From a virus (Duplodnaviria > Caudoviricetes): 28,479 bases of DNA. The translations under genes and the position numbers were made by a program. Every line of letters starts with the position of its first letter. Positions within the stretch are counted from its first letter, which is position 1. Below, piece by piece: positions 25,356-28,479 of this stretch. Under the pieces are notes generated by a model. The model had not been told where the DNA came from and ran no database searches. It saw nothing but the letters and a program-made list of their open reading frames with translations. Location: the IMG/VR virus record IMGVR_UViG_3300048580_000763, positions 1 to 28,479 of that record. The stretch is one strand, 5' to 3'.

Positions 25356-26348
25356 CTACTTGGCGGCCGTGGCTTCTTCGCCTGCCGCCCCGCGCTTCTT
25401 GCGGGCCGGCGTGGGCGCCGGTTCCGCTGCTTGGGTAACGGGCGCCGGCTTCGTTTCCGCCTCGGCCTGCTGGACGGCCGCCTGCTCGACCGCGACCACT
25501 TCGGGCGCGGCCTGCTGCTCGGCCTCGGGCGCCGGGTCGGCGTCCGACACCGCGAGCGCGGCGAGGTACTTCGCGTGCCAGATTTTCGGGTCGGGCGCCT
25601 CGACGGCGGCGAGGCCGGGAAAGGGCTTCACAACGAGCTTGCCCCCGGTCTGGAACAGGACGCGGTGCTCGATCTTCGTCTCCGTGCGCTGCGCCTCGCC
25701 CTCGCCGAGCGTGAGCTTGACCTCCTTCTTGAAGCAGTACCCGACGGCCGAGTAGAACTGCGCCACCTCGTTCGGCAACTTCTTGCCCTCGAAGGCGGGC
25801 ACGATCGCCGTGATGTTCCCGTCGTCGTCCGTCTCGTTCTGCACGAGGGCGATGGCGATCACGTTCATCGGCAAGTCGCGGAAGGTGCGGAGGACGCGGC
25901 GGAACCGCTCGGTCCAGACGCCCCACTGCTGCTGCGTCATCTTGTGGAGCGCGAGCCGCTTCGGCTCCACGCCGTCGTCGATCAGGCACCGGTCGCGCCA
26001 CACGCGCTGCAACTCGGTCAGGCTGTCAACCACGATCGTCTTGACGCCGGCCGCGGCGAGCGTGCCGTCCATCGCGTCGCGAATGAACTGCTCGACCACC
26101 TCCCACGCGTAGACCTTGCCGTATCGCTTCGGGTCGTAGGCGGTCACGACGACCGCGTGCCGGTTGCTCGCTCGGATCGAGGCGAGCCCGTTCGGTTCGA
26201 GCAGGAGGATCGCGACGCGCCCCTCCGGGCTCTCGCTCGTGCCGCCGGCCTTGGCCGCCGTGTAGCTCTTGCCGGAGCCGGACGGTCCGAACAGGAGCAT
26301 CTTCGTGTGCGTGTCGATGTCGGTGACGGTGTCGTAGTTCAGAGCCAT
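25356..26348 (-). CDS. AAA_24 / Sak4-like ATPase (phage recombination protein)
   Basis: MLLFGPSGSGKS, TIVVDSLTEL, WG..W, NVIAIA; GGAG RBS before ATG 26348. Confidence 0.88.
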   Translation of the reverse strand: MALNYDTVTDIDTHTKMLLFGPSGSGKSYTAAKAGGTSESPEGRVAILLLEPNGLASIRASNRHAVVVTAYDPKRYGKVYAWEVVEQFIRDAMDGTLAAAGVKTIVVDSLTELQRVWRDRCLIDDGVEPKRLALHKMTQQQWGVWTERFRRVLRTFRDLPMNVIAIALVQNETDDDGNITAIVPAFEGKKLPNEVAQFYSAVGYCFKKEVKLTLGEGEAQRTETKIEHRVLFQTGGKLVVKPFPGLAAVEAPDPKIWHAKYLAALAVSDADPAPEAEQQAAPEVVAVEQAAVQQAEAETKPAPVTQAAEPAPTPARKKRGAAGEEATAAK

Positions 26349-27820
26349 GATTCTTCTTTCTCCGAGGGTTGGGTAACGGGCGCCGCGTCGTTTCCGGCGG
26401 CGAGCGGAAGGTTCGGGTCGGTCCAGACGGGATCGACGCGGACAGGGAAAGCGCGCCGGGCGTCCGGCCCGTCGGCCGAGCACGGGCCGCGGTAGCTGCA
26501 GAACCCGCCCGGCTGGCGGCAGACCGGCTGACGCGGGAACAGCAGGGCGACGGAGCCGGCGTCGATCGCGTCGACCACGTTCCGGCGGTTCTCTGCGATC
26601 CGCTTCGCCATCGCGAACGTCTCGACGTGCCACGCGGCGAGGTCGATCGCCCCGATGCCGCCCGGCTCGCGGACGTACAGGCGCGGGTCCTTCTGCTCGC
26701 GGAGCGCGCAGATGTGGTCGGCGTACTTCTCCGAGGTCGGGTCCTCGCCGCGGGCAACGACCGCCGCCTCGAACCGCCACGAGGGCACGGTTCGGTTCAT
26801 CGCGACCGAGAGCCCACCCTTGGCGAGCGTGTCCGGGTCGCGCTGCAACACCGACGACGCGACGTCGAACAGGAACCCGCGGACGCGCCCGCCGCCGAAG
26901 TGGTCGCGGACGTGGTCGAGCATCGCGCCGTAGCCGTAGGTCTGCGGGTCGACCGTGATCCCTCGGACGTAGCCGGTCGGGTCGCGCGACGACTTCCACT
27001 CGCCGACGAGCAGCGAGCCGTCGGTGCGCGAGCGGAACACGGCGTCGACCCGGCCGATCCAATACCACGGCCACCGCACCCGCCGGACGGTCGCCGACGG
27101 GTCGTCGGGCCGCGCGAACCGCCAGCCGCCCGGCACGAACGCGAGCGGCACCTCGGGGTTGTAGGGCTTCGTCGAGCCGGGCGACCGCACGGGGCAGGCA
27201 ACCGCCAACTCGACGCCGACCACGTCGTAGCCGGGCAAGCCGACCCGACCATTCACGCGGAGCCAACCCTGCGCCGCACGCCGGAGGCGCTCGACCCGCT
27301 GCTCGATGGACTCGCCCGGCTCCTCCTCCTCGCCTTCCTCGCCGGCCGCAAGCTTCCCCGCGGCGGCCTCGGCGCGCCAGCGCGACTCGATGCGAAGCAG
27401 CGGCCCGTCACCGGGCGCGGAGCCGTCCGAGCCGCAACACGGGCACGGGGCGGACGGCGTCGCGACGATCGGCGACACGAGACAGAGCCCGCACGCTTCG
27501 AGGTAGCTGTCCTCGTAAGGCGTCGGAGTCGCGGTCGGCCCAGCCGACGGAGGCGGCGTCAGGGCCATCAGGAACCGGTGAACGTCCTCCATGACCTCGT
27601 GCCACGCGGTCCCGTAGGTCATGGCGTCGGACGGCGCGCCGCGCATCCCGAGCCCGTAGCCGTAGAGCCAGCGCCGGTCGCAACCGAGCGCACCGCGCTC
27701 CGACGTCGACACGAGCACGACGCGCGGGTCGGCGGGCAGGCCGAGGATCGGCACCCCCTCGTAGCGGTCGGCGTTGACGGAGTTCGGGCGCGGTCGCGCC
27801 ACCGGGAAATCGGCTTGCAT
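26339..27820 (-). CDS. PD-(D/E)XK RecB/Cas4-like exonuclease
   Basis: S..GC.RRW.Y, GTAWH, GRVD, GEWKS, QTYGY, C-terminal C..C.Y..PC. Confidence 0.85.
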   Translation of the reverse strand: MQADFPVARPRPNSVNADRYEGVPILGLPADPRVVLVSTSERGALGCDRRWLYGYGLGMRGAPSDAMTYGTAWHEVMEDVHRFLMALTPPPSAGPTATPTPYEDSYLEACGLCLVSPIVATPSAPCPCCGSDGSAPGDGPLLRIESRWRAEAAAGKLAAGEEGEEEEPGESIEQRVERLRRAAQGWLRVNGRVGLPGYDVVGVELAVACPVRSPGSTKPYNPEVPLAFVPGGWRFARPDDPSATVRRVRWPWYWIGRVDAVFRSRTDGSLLVGEWKSSRDPTGYVRGITVDPQTYGYGAMLDHVRDHFGGGRVRGFLFDVASSVLQRDPDTLAKGGLSVAMNRTVPSWRFEAAVVARGEDPTSEKYADHICALREQKDPRLYVREPGGIGAIDLAAWHVETFAMAKRIAENRRNVVDAIDAGSVALLFPRQPVCRQPGGFCSYRGPCSADGPDARRAFPVRVDPVWTDPNLPLAAGNDAAPVTQPSEKEESWL

Positions 27821-27868
27821 CTTGATAATCCTCGCTTCCGTCGCTCGGGTAACGGGTAGCCCGACGAC

Positions 27869-28426
27869 CTACTCGACAGGCGCCTTTTTTTGGTCGATCG
27901 CCGGAGCGAGCCCCTCGTGCGGCCCCCACGACACCCAGCCGGGCCGAGCGGCGCGGGCGAAGAACTCGACGCGATAGCCGACCGACCTATCCTCGATCAG
28001 CCGGTAGGCGGCCTCCGGCTTCGCCGAGTGCCGGCCGCGCGCCGCAACGATCACCGTCGGGAGATCGCGCCGCCCCGAGAACACGGTCGGGTTTTTGCCG
28101 TTCCCGAACGTGGCGAACAACAGTAGCTCGTGCTTGCCCCTGAAGTATTGGCCGAGCCCCGGCCGGCCGTCCTTGACCCACGCGACGTTCGTCCGGTACG
28201 CGGCGCCGAGTTGCCCGAGCAGCCAGAGCGCGCCGGGCAGGTAGGTGTTCGTCGTCCACATCCAAACGTGCGCGTGCTCGGCCGGCGTCCAGAGCCCGGA
28301 GCCGAGGATCACGCCGGGCATGTCTCGGACCTTCATCAGCGGGTAGTGTCGATCTGCGCCGCGCTTCACCTTGCCGCCGCCCGACTCAGGCCACGGCGGA
28401 TCGAGCAGGAGCGTCGTGAACCTCAC
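27869..28426 (-). CDS. MT-A70 family adenine methyltransferase
   Basis: DPPW, HYPLM, WTTN, WVK..GLGQYFRGKHE, HSAKP, EFFAR..GW..WG. Confidence 0.93.
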   Translation of the reverse strand: MRFTTLLLDPPWPESGGGKVKRGADRHYPLMKVRDMPGVILGSGLWTPAEHAHVWMWTTNTYLPGALWLLGQLGAAYRTNVAWVKDGRPGLGQYFRGKHELLLFATFGNGKNPTVFSGRRDLPTVIVAARGRHSAKPEAAYRLIEDRSVGYRVEFFARAARPGWVSWGPHEGLAPAIDQKKAPVE

Positions 28427-28479
28427 AACGCCACCCCGAGCACGTCCTCGGCGTCGAGCCCCCGGAGCATGACGAGCGC
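28423..28479 (-). CDS. C-terminal end of a gene truncated by the window edge
   Basis: ...ALVMLRGLDAEDVLGVAL*; TGA overlaps GTG of MT-A70 gene. Confidence 0.5.
   Translation of the reverse strand, partial: ALVMLRGLDAEDVLGVAL

Larger units (their letters stand above)
1140..27858 (-). promoter_or_regulatory. dispersed motif CGCCCGTTACC (plus strand GGTAACGGGCG), 11 copies
   Basis: plus-strand starts 1140, 4675, 7809, 9193, 16852, 19017, 20678, 24141, 25434, 26372, 27848; invariant core GGTAACG; all in one orientation. Confidence 0.8.

Noticed and set aside
26339-27820. Cas4-like nuclease plus DinG as a CRISPR (type IV) system
   Set aside because: No repeat-spacer array and no cas5/6/7 genes; the nuclease sits in a standard exonuclease-Sak4-SSB recombination module
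1259-27859. Long plus-strand ORFs (e.g. 1259-2941, 4778-6025, 12771-14108, 21841-23052, 26369-27859)
   Set aside because: Antisense shadows of motif-supported minus-strand genes in very GC-rich DNA; no motifs

Overview
High-GC phage or prophage segment, almost entirely one leftward (minus-strand) run of translationally coupled genes (many ATGA/GTGA/TGATG stop-start overlaps). In transcription order (right to left): MT-A70 methyltransferase; recombination module (PD-(D/E)XK Cas4-like exonuclease, Sak4-like AAA ATPase, SSB-like protein); replication protein; N4/N6 DNA methyltransferase; fused primase-helicase; DinG helicase; WecB-like UDP-GlcNAc 2-epimerase; a 7-deazaguanine cluster (queE, folE, ParB-like, two paralogous TGT/DpdA-like genes, queD, queC); ASCH protein and hypotheticals; GpA-type large terminase. 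Highlights: (1) the deazaguanine DNA-modification cassette has twin transglycosylases, and the second is split by an exact 26-bp tandem duplication; (2) an 11-copy strand-specific motif (CGCCCGTTACC on the coding strand) sits mostly about 20 nt before start codons; (3) two orphan plus-strand genes 10 kb apart share a ~105-bp promoter/operator leader. Most long plus-strand ORFs in the track are GC shadow frames. Annotations are by motif recognition only; no searches were run.
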